From Myxococcota bacterium (lineage in GTDB: Bacteria; Myxococcota_A; UBA9160; UBA4427), in contig JAQWRT010000033.1 of NCBI GenBank assembly GCA_029243605.1, positions 1,147 through 65,146 on the forward strand: a stretch of DNA of 64,000 nt, given 5' to 3'. Shown one piece after another: positions 47,819-57,717 of the stretch. Position 1 is the first letter of the stretch. Each line of letters starts with the position of its first letter. The position numbers and the translations under genes are program-made. Below the pieces are notes generated by a model. That model was not told the origin of the DNA. It did not search any database and was given only the letters and a program-made list of their open reading frames with translations.

Positions 47819-48859
47819 GTGCCCTCGCCCCGCGAAGACTCTACTGGCGCGCTGCTGGAGCCGTTTCCTCGGGAAACGATCGGCCACCTCCCGACGCCAC
47901 TGCACCCCCTGCCCCGGCTGAGTGCGGCACTGGGAGGGCCGCCCCTCTGGGTCAAACGCGACGACTGCACCGGACTCGCCACCGGCGGAAACAAGACGCG
48001 CAAACTCGAGTATCTCATGGGCGCCGCCCGGGCCGAAGGTGCCGACGGCATCGTGAGCTTTGGCGCGCTCCAGTCGAACCATGCGCGCCAGACCGCCGCC
48101 GCCGCCGCCGCACTCGGTTTCCCGTGTGACCTGATCCTCGTCACCAACGTGAACTACCACGAGCCCGCCTGGGAGGTCTCGGGGAACCGGCTTCTCGACG
48201 AGTTGCTGGGCGCCAAGCTGCATATCGTCCCCGACGAGGTCGCTGCGGCTCAATGCCTCCAGGCCCTCCTCGGCCGGGCCAACGAAGCGGGGAAACAGCT
48301 CTACGTGATCCCCACCGGCGGCTCCAACGCTGTGGGAGCCTTGGGCTACGTGAATTGCGCAAGCGAGCTCCTCGCCCAATGCCAGGCGCTCGAACTCCGC
48401 CCCGGCACACTGGTCAGCGCCACATCGAGCCTGGGGACCCAGAGCGGCCTGCTCGTGGGGCTTCACGCCGCCCGGAGTCCGATTCGGGTACGGGGGGTCA
48501 ACACGTATTCCCCCGACCCCGAGAGCCAGGCCCAAGCCCTCAGGCGGCTATGCGACGAAACCGCCGCGCTCATCGGTAGCGAGCCCCCACCGAGCGATTC
48601 TCTTTGCATCGAAAACGGCTTCCTCGGTGGAGGATACGGAGTTCCCAGCGAGGCGATGCAACGAGCCGTGGAAGAGGTGGCTCGCCTCGAGGGCATCCTG
48701 CTCGACCCCGTCTACAGCGGCAAGGCCATGGCCTGGCTTCTGGCCGCCGTTCGCGCGGGTCGACTCAACCCCGAGGAGCCCGTCGTCTTCCTCCACACCG
48801 GCGGCAGCCCCGGGCTCTTCGCCTACCAGGAATGCCTCTCGGGCGATTCAACCGCCTGA
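47819..48859 (+). CDS. D-cysteine desulfhydrase / ACC deaminase family
   Basis: KRDDCTG..GGNKTRKLE, QSNHAR, LDPVYSGK, FLHTGG. Confidence 0.92.
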   Translation: MPSPREDSTGALLEPFPRETIGHLPTPLHPLPRLSAALGGPPLWVKRDDCTGLATGGNKTRKLEYLMGAARAEGADGIVSFGALQSNHARQTAAAAAALGFPCDLILVTNVNYHEPAWEVSGNRLLDELLGAKLHIVPDEVAAAQCLQALLGRANEAGKQLYVIPTGGSNAVGALGYVNCASELLAQCQALELRPGTLVSATSSLGTQSGLLVGLHAARSPIRVRGVNTYSPDPESQAQALRRLCDETAALIGSEPPPSDSLCIENGFLGGGYGVPSEAMQRAVEEVARLEGILLDPVYSGKAMAWLLAAVRAGRLNPEEPVVFLHTGGSPGLFAYQECLSGDSTA

Positions 48860-48950
48860 CTCAAGTCCACGCCCAGGGCCGGTGCGCTCCACCCGACTCG
48901 TCGGCGAAGCGGCCTCGCCGGCACGAGAGCGTTCCGATAACTTTGCTCCC

Positions 48951-50003
48951 ATGCCGTCCCCTGATCGCCCGATCCACGTCGTGGAAGATATTCGGTTCCG
49001 TGCCCACCGGTCTCCCCCTCGCCATCCGGAAAACCCCGAACGGCTGGCCGCGGTCTCCCGGGCCCTGGCTCGCCACGCAGAACACCTGACCCCCCTGGAG
49101 CCTCGGGCCGCCCAGCGCGATGAGATCATCCGAATCCATAGCCCCGGCCACTACACCGAGATTCTCAACGCCGTGCAAAGAGCGCCCGCCCAACTCGACG
49201 CGGACACCTTCGTCTCCGAGCAGAGTCTCGAAATCGCGAAATTGGCGGCGGGGGGCACCATCGACCTGGCTCTCAGCGTGGCGCGGGGCGAGGCGGCTTG
49301 CGGTATCGCCGCGGTTCGGCCCCCGGGCCATCACGCGGAAGCGGACCGCCCCATGGGCTTCTGCCTCTTCAACAACGTCGCCATCGCGGCCCGGGCGCTG
49401 CAGCACGAACTGGGGCTCGAGAAGATCGCGATTCTCGACTGGGATGTGCACCACGGAAACGGCACCCAGCATTCCTTCGAAAACGACCCCAGCATCCTCT
49501 ACGTCTCGCTCCACCAATTCCCCCACTACCCGGGAACCGGCAACTTTCACGAGGCTGGAGAGGGGGCGGGCCTGGGCTCGACCCTGAATCTCGCGCTTCC
49601 ACCCGGCTGCGGCGACCTCGAGTACTGCGGACTGGTCCACCGGGCGGTGGCCCCGATGATCCGACGCTTTGCCCCCCAGATGATCCTGGTCTCCTGCGGC
49701 TTCGATGCTCACCGGGACGATCCGCTCTCGGCCATGAACGTGAGCGCCGAGGGCTACCGCGAAATGACCCACGCGGTGGTCGAACTCGCCCGAGATCTCT
49801 GCGGCGGGCGCCTCGCCTTCGTCCTCGAGGGGGGATATGCCGCTTCGGGGCTCGAGGAGGGCACCGATGCGGTGCTCGGGGCGCTGCTCGACCCCGACGA
49901 GGCCCGCCCGGCCCCCGGAACCACCAGCCATGGCCTGGCCAGCCTGCTCGAAGCCGCGAGAAGCGTCCACGCCGGCCGATGCCCCGACCTTGGGGCGCTC
50001 TAG
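48951..50003 (+). CDS. Histone deacetylase family amidohydrolase
   Basis: HPENPER, RPPGHHA, GFCLFNN, DWDVHHGNGTQ, GFDAH, LEGGY. Confidence 0.95.
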   Translation: MPSPDRPIHVVEDIRFRAHRSPPRHPENPERLAAVSRALARHAEHLTPLEPRAAQRDEIIRIHSPGHYTEILNAVQRAPAQLDADTFVSEQSLEIAKLAAGGTIDLALSVARGEAACGIAAVRPPGHHAEADRPMGFCLFNNVAIAARALQHELGLEKIAILDWDVHHGNGTQHSFENDPSILYVSLHQFPHYPGTGNFHEAGEGAGLGSTLNLALPPGCGDLEYCGLVHRAVAPMIRRFAPQMILVSCGFDAHRDDPLSAMNVSAEGYREMTHAVVELARDLCGGRLAFVLEGGYAASGLEEGTDAVLGALLDPDEARPAPGTTSHGLASLLEAARSVHAGRCPDLGAL

Positions 50004-50119
50004 GCTCCGGGAATGGATCCTAGATACTTGATTTAAAAAGGCTTTTTTCTTAGCGAGAGCGCTGAAATCCCGACGAACCGCCCTCGCCGGCACCGCGAAT
50101 CCCCGTGGCCCGGGTTCAC

Positions 50120-50154
50120 CCCACCCGGGCACCACTTCCCCCACTCGGCCCCAC
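50120..50154 (-). promoter_or_regulatory. Inverted MraZ-box-like array
   Basis: CCAC at 50121, 50132, 50141, 50151 (GTGG on minus strand, ~10-bp period). Confidence 0.55.
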
Positions 50155-50344
50155 TCGGGCTCTCCGGAGACTCACAGCGGGCCCTAGGCTGCGAACCCAC
50201 TCGCTTTTCCCGATTCTGGCGTCCTGGGCGAGCCAAAGGAGAAAGTAAGGGGAAAGTGCGTCCGGAAATGGCGCCGTTTTGCGTAAAACCCCGGTAATTC
50301 GAGGGTAGAGCGCAAATAAATACACGCCCTATCCGTGAATTTGC

Positions 50345-50407
50345 TTCACAAGCCAGGAGCGGTGGGGTATAACAAAGGCGTTGTGGGATGAAGTGGGACC
50401 AAGTGGG
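50345..50407 (+). promoter_or_regulatory. dcw promoter with MraZ boxes
   Basis: TTCACA-N17-TATAAC; GTGGG at 50362, 50383, 50393, 50403. Confidence 0.75.
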
Positions 50408-50557
50408 TCAAGCAACCAGCCAAAAAGACCGCGCCGCGGTAGCAAAGGCAAAATGGGTGGCAGACGCATTCTCCGGCTCAGAAAGATCCCGAAAGGCAAC
50501 GAACAAGTCAACTGAAGTGCTTTCCAAACCGGCCAGTCAACACGGAGCTCCCAGGCA

Positions 50558-51010
50558 ATGTTTCGAGGCCGGTTCACACACACAATGGATACTAAGGGAC
50601 GCGTGAGCATCCCGTCAGGTTTTAGAGTGGAAATCCAGCGCCGTAGCCAAAACGACCCGATTCTCGCGAGCCAAGGTTCACACCTGGCGCTCTTCCCCGC
50701 CGACGAGTGGGAGAAGAAAGAAGAGGTCCTCCTGGGACTGTCAGAATTCGACAGCGACGCCCTGGACCTCCAGCGAATCATGGTCGGAGAGGCCAGCGAC
50801 AGCGCCCTGGATGCCCAGGGAAGAATTCTCGTTCCGACCTTGATGCGCAATGAGGCAGAGCTCGGCAACAAAGTTTTACTCGTCGGCGTTCTCAACCGCA
50901 TCGAACTCTGGAATCCGGAGCGATACGAAGAGAAGAAGCGGATGACCGCCCTACGCTTCGAAGAGATCCAGAAGAACGTGGATCCCAATCGTCAGCAGCC
51001 GGGCGACTGA
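50558..51010 (+). CDS. mraZ: Division/cell-wall cluster repressor
   Basis: MFRGRFTHTMDTKGRVSIP, LDAQGRILVP, RIELW. Confidence 0.96.
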   Translation: MFRGRFTHTMDTKGRVSIPSGFRVEIQRRSQNDPILASQGSHLALFPADEWEKKEEVLLGLSEFDSDALDLQRIMVGEASDSALDAQGRILVPTLMRNEAELGNKVLLVGVLNRIELWNPERYEEKKRMTALRFEEIQKNVDPNRQQPGD

Positions 51011-51018
51011 TTTTTTTT

Positions 51019-51200
51019 GGGGGGGAGTTGGGGCGTGGGCCCCAGCAGAGAGGTTGGGGTGTCCTCGGAACACTAATTACGACGGCAGCGTGCTTACTGG
51101 GGGGTACACGTTGCAGTCAAGGCGTTCCGAGGCACCCCATTCTCTTCTCCGCTTCCCCGAGAAGCCCCGTAACCGGGCGATTTCGGGGGACACCCCACCC
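51019..51200 (+). ncRNA. Structured cis-element resembling mraW RNA motif
   Basis: Hairpin CTTCTC-(CGCTTCCCC)-GAGAAG within long stem TGGGGTGTCC/GGACACCCCA, directly upstream of rsmH. Confidence 0.55.
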
Positions 51201-51201
51201 A

Positions 51202-52161
51202 GTGACCGCTGAATTTCACCACGTACCCGTCCTGCTCAACGAATGTGTAGAACACCTTCACCTTGAGCCGGGTGCGATCATCCTTGACGGAACCCTGGGC
51301 GGGGGCGGACACGCGGAAACGATCCTCGAGCGAACCGCACCCGACGGCGTCTTGATCGGCCTCGATCTCGACCAGGATGCTCTGGATGCCAGCGCTGCTC
51401 GGCTCTCCCGCTTCGGCGATCGAGTACGCCTCGTCCGATCTTCATTTCGCCACCTCGACGAGGCCCTCGATGAACTCGGCATCGAACGCGTCGACGGCGT
51501 CTTGCTCGATCTCGGCGTCTCCTCGTACCAACTCGATGCCGCCAAGCGCGGCTTTCGCTTCGCCGACGCAGAGACCGAAGAAACCCCGCTGGACATGCGA
51601 ATGGACGCCTCTCAAGGCTCCAGCGCCGCCGAGCTCCTCGCACGAGCTTCGGCCGAGGAGCTCCAGGGATGGTTTCAACGCTACGGCGAGTTGCCGGGCT
51701 CCAAGCGACTCGCCGCAGCGATCACGAGCAGCCGCAGAGAGCGGCCGCTGGAGACTACTGCCGACCTCCTACGCGTCATCCACGAAGCCGGGGTGGGACG
51801 CGGGCGCCGCCACAACCCGGCCACCCTGGTCTTCCAGGCTCTGCGGATCGCGGTGAACGACGAGCTCGGCGCCCTTGAAGACGGCCTCGATGCCGCCGCC
51901 GCCCGCCTACGACCCGACGGACGGCTCGTGGTCATCAGCTACCACTCCCTCGAAGATCGAATCGTCAAGCAGCGCTTCCGAGCCGCGGCCCGGGGGTGCA
52001 TCTGCCCTCCGCGACAGCCGATCTGCAATTGCGGCGTGGAGCCGTCCCTGGAGATTCTCACCCGTCGCCCGCTGAGGCCCGAGGAAGACGAAACCGGCCA
52101 CAACCCCCGCGCCCGCTCGGCGCGCCTGCGCGTGGCCCGCCGGCTTCAGGAGGTCGCGTGA
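51202..52161 (+). CDS. rsmH: 16S rRNA m4C1402 methyltransferase
   Basis: HVPVLL, DGTLGGGGH, DLGVSSYQLD, FQALRIAVNDEL, SYHSLEDR. Confidence 0.97.
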   Translation: MTAEFHHVPVLLNECVEHLHLEPGAIILDGTLGGGGHAETILERTAPDGVLIGLDLDQDALDASAARLSRFGDRVRLVRSSFRHLDEALDELGIERVDGVLLDLGVSSYQLDAAKRGFRFADAETEETPLDMRMDASQGSSAAELLARASAEELQGWFQRYGELPGSKRLAAAITSSRRERPLETTADLLRVIHEAGVGRGRRHNPATLVFQALRIAVNDELGALEDGLDAAAARLRPDGRLVVISYHSLEDRIVKQRFRAAARGCICPPRQPICNCGVEPSLEILTRRPLRPEEDETGHNPRARSARLRVARRLQEVA

Positions 52162-52670
52162 TGGCAAAGCGACCCTCCGCGAAGCCCCGCAACCGATCCG
52201 GCGCGCGCTCGGGTCGCTCGGCCACCCTGGGGCGCCTGGGTTTTCGGACACGGAACGTCAAGCGCTCGGCGAGTCGGAAAAAAAGAAGTCGGCGCGGCGG
52301 CCAAGCCACCGCACGTCTCGGCGCCCTGGCACCGTGGAACTGGCGCATCAGTTTTCCTTCCCAGCGCATGATTCCCGCCCTGCTCGCGGCGGTGCTCGTC
52401 GCCCTGGGCATGGCCGCTCTCCGAATCGACCTGATCCGTGCGCGCTACGAAACCGGCCAGGGATACAGCGAGGAGCGGAGACTGAACCAAGAGATCGCCG
52501 GTCTCACCGCCCGCATGCGTGAACTCCGCGATCCCGTCGACCTCGGCCAGGTCGCCCGGGAAAGGGGTTTCGTTCCGCCCGAGCTGCTCATCGATCTGAC
52601 GACGCCCGAGGAGAGGGATCCCCAGGTGGAATTTGTCAGCTACGCCCAGGGCGAGGGCGTCGTTCAATGA
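52161..52670 (+). CDS. ftsL: Cell division protein FtsL-like
   Basis: Between rsmH and ftsI; basic N-terminus, single TM, coiled coil. Confidence 0.75.
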   Translation: MAKRPSAKPRNRSGARSGRSATLGRLGFRTRNVKRSASRKKRSRRGGQATARLGALAPWNWRISFPSQRMIPALLAAVLVALGMAALRIDLIRARYETGQGYSEERRLNQEIAGLTARMRELRDPVDLGQVARERGFVPPELLIDLTTPEERDPQVEFVSYAQGEGVVQ

Positions 52671-54769
52671 GATCCCAAGCCCTGCGATCGAGCGTGATCC
52701 GGGTGCGGACCCTCCAGATCCTTCTCGTTCTCGGTTTCCTGGCCCTGGCCATTCGGGCGGGGCAGTTGACCGTGGGCGAGACCCGGGGCGGCGCTCAGGG
52801 AGAGCGCCAGGTCCAGCGCCAACTCGAGCTGCCCGGCGCTCGCGGGCTGATTCTCGATCGCGACCACCGGGAACTCGCCATCAGCGTGGAGGCGCCGTCG
52901 ATTTACGTCTCGCCCCAGAATTTCGTCGACTCCAAAGCCACCATCGCGGCCCTCGCCCGGATTCTCGAGCGACCCGAGTCCTCCCTGGTCGAACGCATCG
53001 GCGAACGAAAGAAATTCGTCTACCTCGCTCGCTGGGTCAGCCCAGACCAAGCGGAGGCCATCGCCAAGCTCGACCTGCCCGGCGTGGGAATCGAAAAAGA
53101 ACCCAGGCGCACCTACCCCGCCGGCCCCATGGCGGCCTCCCTGCTCGGGTTCGTCGACATCGATGGCACCGGCAGGCGGGGCGTCGAACAGATGATGGAC
53201 TCGTGGCTCAAGGGCAAATCCCGCCGGATCGACGTGAAGCGAGACGCCCGGGGACGAGTTCTGGCCAACCCGAGCTTCGACTCGCGGGAAATCGCCGGCG
53301 GCGACATCGTGCTCGCTCTGGACGCAGCACTTCAAGCCCAGGCGGAAGCTGCCCTGGCCGAGAGCATGGAGTCGAGCGGCGCCCGCCGCGGTCTGGTGAT
53401 CGTCGTGGAACCCTCGACCGGAGATATTCTCACCTTAGCCGAAGCCCCCGGCTTCGACCCCAACGCCTTCAGAAAACTCAACTATGCGGACACGCGTAGC
53501 CGTGCCTTCACCGACGCCGTCGAACCGGGCTCGACCTTCAAATCCTTCTTGGTCGCCGCGGCCCTGGATGAGGGCATTCTGGACGGGGACACCATCGTCG
53601 ATACCGGGGACGGAAAACTCCAATTGCCCGGCAAGATCATCGAGGATAAGCGCAAGCTCGGAGCGACGGATGCGGCGGGGGTCCTGAGACAGTCGAGCAA
53701 TGTGGGCGCGGCGCTGATCGCCCAGGAACTCGGCAGCGAACTCTACCGGGAAGCGCTCGAGCGTTTCGGGTTTGGGACAACGACCAAAAGTGGCTTCCCC
53801 TCGGAGTCAGCGGGGCTGATGCGAAATTGGCGTAAGTGGCAACCCATCGATCAGGCCAACATCGCCTTCGGCCAGGGTGTCAACGTCACCGCCATTCAAC
53901 TCGTGATGGCTGCAGCCGCCCTGGCCAACCAGGGCGAGCGGATGCGGCCGCGCATTATTCTGGCCCGAAGAGCTGGACTCGGCAATTGGGAAAGCATCGC
54001 GCCCATGAGCGCCGGGCGGACCGTCGAGCCCTCCACCGCCACCGACGTGCTCAAAATGATGGAAAGCGTCGTGAGCGCGACCGGGACGGGACGACTCGCG
54101 GCTCTGGCCGGAGTTCAGGTCGCCGGCAAGACCGGAACCGCCCAATTGCTCGTCGACGGCGCCTACTCTCGCCGCCGCCATACGGCCTGGTTTCTCGGCC
54201 TCGCCCCGGCTGAGAAGCCCAAGGTCGCCATCGTGGTCGCCCTGGAGGAGCCCGGACGCATGGGCGGAGGCACCGTCGCAGCCCCCCTCTTCGCCAAGGT
54301 CGCCACGGCCCAGCTCGCGCATTATGGAATTTTGACCGAGCCGGAACCGATCGCCGCCGCGCCGCGACCAAAACAACCCATGGAGACCGTCCCCGTGCAC
54401 CTCGCCTCACCCATCCCCTCCGAAACGAAGCGGCAGATCCGATCCATCGCTGCCCTTGATGCGGCATCACCGGCCCGCTCCGTGCCGGTGGTGGCCAGGG
54501 GGCCGAAGCCCCGGGCGATCCCCGCCCAGGCCGAACTCCTGCGTGCCGAGGCCCAACCCGACACCGGACGCGCGGTGTTGATTCCCAATTTTCAGGGGGA
54601 GGGCCTGGCTCAGGCCCTTGATCTGGCCTCGGAGGAGTCCCTGCGGCTCCAGTACAGCGGCCCGGCCGGCGGGCGAATCGTCAGCCAGAACCCTCCCCCG
54701 GGAACCATCGTCGCCGGCAAACGCAGAACCGTAGTCGTGCGCTTCTCCGCGCTCCAAGGGGAGGGCTAG
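52667..54769 (+). CDS. ftsI: Division transpeptidase PBP3 with PASTA domain
   Basis: RGLILDR, EPGSTFK, SSN, KTGT; C-terminal PASTA. Confidence 0.95.
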   Translation: MRSQALRSSVIRVRTLQILLVLGFLALAIRAGQLTVGETRGGAQGERQVQRQLELPGARGLILDRDHRELAISVEAPSIYVSPQNFVDSKATIAALARILERPESSLVERIGERKKFVYLARWVSPDQAEAIAKLDLPGVGIEKEPRRTYPAGPMAASLLGFVDIDGTGRRGVEQMMDSWLKGKSRRIDVKRDARGRVLANPSFDSREIAGGDIVLALDAALQAQAEAALAESMESSGARRGLVIVVEPSTGDILTLAEAPGFDPNAFRKLNYADTRSRAFTDAVEPGSTFKSFLVAAALDEGILDGDTIVDTGDGKLQLPGKIIEDKRKLGATDAAGVLRQSSNVGAALIAQELGSELYREALERFGFGTTTKSGFPSESAGLMRNWRKWQPIDQANIAFGQGVNVTAIQLVMAAAALANQGERMRPRIILARRAGLGNWESIAPMSAGRTVEPSTATDVLKMMESVVSATGTGRLAALAGVQVAGKTGTAQLLVDGAYSRRRHTAWFLGLAPAEKPKVAIVVALEEPGRMGGGTVAAPLFAKVATAQLAHYGILTEPEPIAAAPRPKQPMETVPVHLASPIPSETKRQIRSIAALDAASPARSVPVVARGPKPRAIPAQAELLRAEAQPDTGRAVLIPNFQGEGLAQALDLASEESLRLQYSGPAGGRIVSQNPPPGTIVAGKRRTVVVRFSALQGEG

Positions 54770-56317
54770 ATGCGCCTTTCCGCCCTCATAGCCGCCCTCC
54801 CCGACGAGCTCGCGGCCACGGCCTGGCTGGGGGAAGAGAGTTCTCGAGACCCCCTGATTCGCGGCATCGCCTACGACTCGCGCCAGGTCTCGCCGGGAGA
54901 TCTCTTCGTTGCCCTGGCGGGGTCGGTGAGCGATGGACACGCCTATATCCGCCGGGCCATGGAGCTCGGGGCGGCGGCGATTCTAATCGAGAGCATCCCC
55001 GAGCCTGGACTCGATGCGAACTGGCCCACCGTTGTGGTGCCCGATAGCCGAAGGGCACTCGCCCCCATCGCCGTCCGCTTCTTTGGTCAGCCCGCGGAAG
55101 AATTGCGACTGATCGGAATCACGGGAACCAACGGCAAGACGAGCACCGGCTACCTGGTTGAAGCCATCCTGCAACGAGCCGGGATCTTGCCCGGGCTCAT
55201 CGGCACCGTGGAGATTCGCTACGCGAACGAACGGATTCCCGCGGTCAACACCACCCCCGAAAGCCTCGACCTCCAACGCATCTTGCGGTCCATGTGCACC
55301 CGGAACATCGAGGCCGCGGTCATGGAGGTCTCCTCCCACGGGCTCGAATTGGGTCGGGTCCGGGGTTGCCAATTCGAAGTCGCCGCATTCACGAACCTCA
55401 CCCAGGATCACCTGGACTTTCACCCCAACATGGCCGCGTACCTCGACTCCAAAGCCCGACTCTTCCGAGAGCATCTGGCCGAGGGCGGCCACGCCGTGAT
55501 CAATGCCGACGACCCGGCTTCGGCCACGCTTCTCGAGGCGGCCCAGCGCGTGGGGGCCCGGGCCCTCCGCTGCAGTCGAGACCCCTCTTCGAAGGCCGAA
55601 ATCAAACTCCTCGACTCGGAAATTCGTCTCTCGGGCACCCGCGCCCGTCTTGAGATCGAAGGGGAGCCCCTGGATATCGACCTCCCCCTACTCGGAGATT
55701 TCAATCTCGAGAACCTGCTCGTGGCGTGCGGCATTGGCCATGCCCTGGCCATCGAACCCGCGCATATCGCCGCCGGCGTCGCCGCGTGTCCCCAGGTTCC
55801 CGGACGTATGGAGGTCGTCTCCAGCACAGATCCCGCCAGCCCCGTCGCCATCGTCGACTACGCCCACACACCCGACGCCATCGAAAAACTGCTCCAGGCC
55901 GTGCGCCCTCTCTGCGACGGGCGCCTGATCACGGTTTTCGGATGCGGCGGGGACCGGGATCGAAGCAAGCGACCGCGTATGGCCGAAGCCGTGGCCCGGG
56001 GCAGCGATCTCGCGATCGCCACCAGCGACAACCCGCGCACCGAGGACCCCGGGCAGATCCTGCACGATGTCGAGCAGGGGCTGGGCTCCCTGGAAACCAG
56101 GCGCCCAGAGGATCTCGGCGACACTGGGCGAGGCTACGCAATTCTCGAGGACCGGCGTTCGGCGATCCAGCGAGCAATCGGAATCGCCGAGCCCCAGGAC
56201 ACAGTGGTCATCGCGGGTAAGGGCCACGAGGACTATCAGATTCTCGGACGCGAGAAATTCCCCTTCGACGACCGCGATGAGGCCCGCAAGGCGCTCGAGC
56301 AACGGGGCCCATCATGA
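54770..56317 (+). CDS. murE: UDP-MurNAc-tripeptide synthetase (meso-DAP type)
   Basis: GTNGKTS, MEVSSH, DYAHTP, DNPR, AGKGHE. Confidence 0.97.
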   Translation: MRLSALIAALPDELAATAWLGEESSRDPLIRGIAYDSRQVSPGDLFVALAGSVSDGHAYIRRAMELGAAAILIESIPEPGLDANWPTVVVPDSRRALAPIAVRFFGQPAEELRLIGITGTNGKTSTGYLVEAILQRAGILPGLIGTVEIRYANERIPAVNTTPESLDLQRILRSMCTRNIEAAVMEVSSHGLELGRVRGCQFEVAAFTNLTQDHLDFHPNMAAYLDSKARLFREHLAEGGHAVINADDPASATLLEAAQRVGARALRCSRDPSSKAEIKLLDSEIRLSGTRARLEIEGEPLDIDLPLLGDFNLENLLVACGIGHALAIEPAHIAAGVAACPQVPGRMEVVSSTDPASPVAIVDYAHTPDAIEKLLQAVRPLCDGRLITVFGCGGDRDRSKRPRMAEAVARGSDLAIATSDNPRTEDPGQILHDVEQGLGSLETRRPEDLGDTGRGYAILEDRRSAIQRAIGIAEPQDTVVIAGKGHEDYQILGREKFPFDDRDEARKALEQRGPS

Positions 56318-57717
56318 GCGTCCCCTTTCATACCTCGGACGCCGTCACCTGGAGCCGGGGCCGACTGGCCGGTGGAACGGGCCTGACCGAGTTCCGGGGA
56401 GCCGGGATCGACACCCGAACCATCGCCCCAGACGAACTCTTCGTCGCCATCCGAGGGGAGAACCACGACGCCCATGGCTTCCTCGATCAAGCCATCGAAC
56501 GCGGTGCGAGCGGGGTCGTGGTGGAAGATGCCTGGCTCGCCGAGAATTCTCCTCCCCAGGGCGTCTGCACCGTCGCCGTAGCCGACACCACCCCGGCTCT
56601 GGCCGGTCTGGCCCACGGCCATCGCTCCCTTTTCGCCGGTCCCGTCGTCGCGGTGACGGGAAGCAACGGAAAGACCACCACTAAGGAACTCATCCACTCC
56701 ATTCTTTCGGTCAAGGGCCCCTGCCTCAAAAACCAGGGCAACCTGAACAACGAATTCGGCCTTCCCCTGACCCTGCTCGGCCGAGAGTCCCAACACGAGA
56801 GAGTCGTAGTGGAGTTGGGCATGAACCACCGGGGCGAGATTGCTCGGCTCACGGCCATTGCCAACCCAGATATCGGCCTGGTCACCAATATTGGCTCGGC
56901 GCATATCGAGTTCCTGGGAAGCCGGGAGCAGATCGCCGAGGAAAAGGGAGATCTCATCGCAGGACTCGGACCGGGCACCACGGCGATCCTGAATCACGAC
57001 GATGCCCTCGCCATGACCCAGGCAAAGAGAGCCCCCGGAACCCTGCAGACTTTCGGCCTTGGGGCAGGCGCGGATTTCAGCGCCGAAGATGTCTGCTCGA
57101 GTGTCACAGGGCATTACAGCTTTCAGCTGATCACGCCCGAGGGCCGAATCAAAATTCGAATCCAGGGCCTGGCGGAAACCACAGTGATCAACGCGTTGGC
57201 CGCGTCGGCGGCCTGCCTGGCAGCGGGTGCCAAACTCGAAGAGATCGCCCAGGGCCTCGACGAGTTCCAAGGTGTGCCGGGACGGATGGCCACCCGTCCC
57301 ATGGCCGGGGGAGGACACGTGATCGACGACACCTACAACGCCAACCCCCAGTCCATGCAAAGCGCCCTGGAGACCCTGACCGGGCTCGACGGCAGCGGGC
57401 GCAAGATCGCGGTGGTCGGGGACATGGGCGAGCTCGGGGACGCCAGCGAAGAGGCGCATCGGCGGGTCGGACAACTCGCCGGGAAGCTGGGCGTCGACGA
57501 GCTCTTCGCCGTCGGTCAGAACGCCCACCTTGTCGCCGAGGAGGCCCTCGCCGCGGGAATCGAATCCGACCGCGTACATATCGCGGAAACCAGCGAGGAG
57601 ATCGGCGAATCGGTCCGCGAACGCGTCCGATCCGGCGACTGGGTACTCGTCAAAGGCTCCAGATCAATGCGAATGGAGCGACTCGTAGCGCGGCTTGCCG
57701 CCGAGGAGACGAACTAA
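56314..57717 (+). CDS. murF: UDP-MurNAc-pentapeptide synthetase
   Basis: TGSNGKTTTK, GNLNNEFG, ELGMNH, DTYNANP, VKGSR. Confidence 0.97.
   Translation: MSVPFHTSDAVTWSRGRLAGGTGLTEFRGAGIDTRTIAPDELFVAIRGENHDAHGFLDQAIERGASGVVVEDAWLAENSPPQGVCTVAVADTTPALAGLAHGHRSLFAGPVVAVTGSNGKTTTKELIHSILSVKGPCLKNQGNLNNEFGLPLTLLGRESQHERVVVELGMNHRGEIARLTAIANPDIGLVTNIGSAHIEFLGSREQIAEEKGDLIAGLGPGTTAILNHDDALAMTQAKRAPGTLQTFGLGAGADFSAEDVCSSVTGHYSFQLITPEGRIKIRIQGLAETTVINALAASAACLAAGAKLEEIAQGLDEFQGVPGRMATRPMAGGGHVIDDTYNANPQSMQSALETLTGLDGSGRKIAVVGDMGELGDASEEAHRRVGQLAGKLGVDELFAVGQNAHLVAEEALAAGIESDRVHIAETSEEIGESVRERVRSGDWVLVKGSRSMRMERLVARLAAEETN

Noticed and set aside
51011-51025. T8-G7 homopolymer as a phase-variation switch
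   Set aside because: Intergenic within an essential operon; better explained as part of the RNA element
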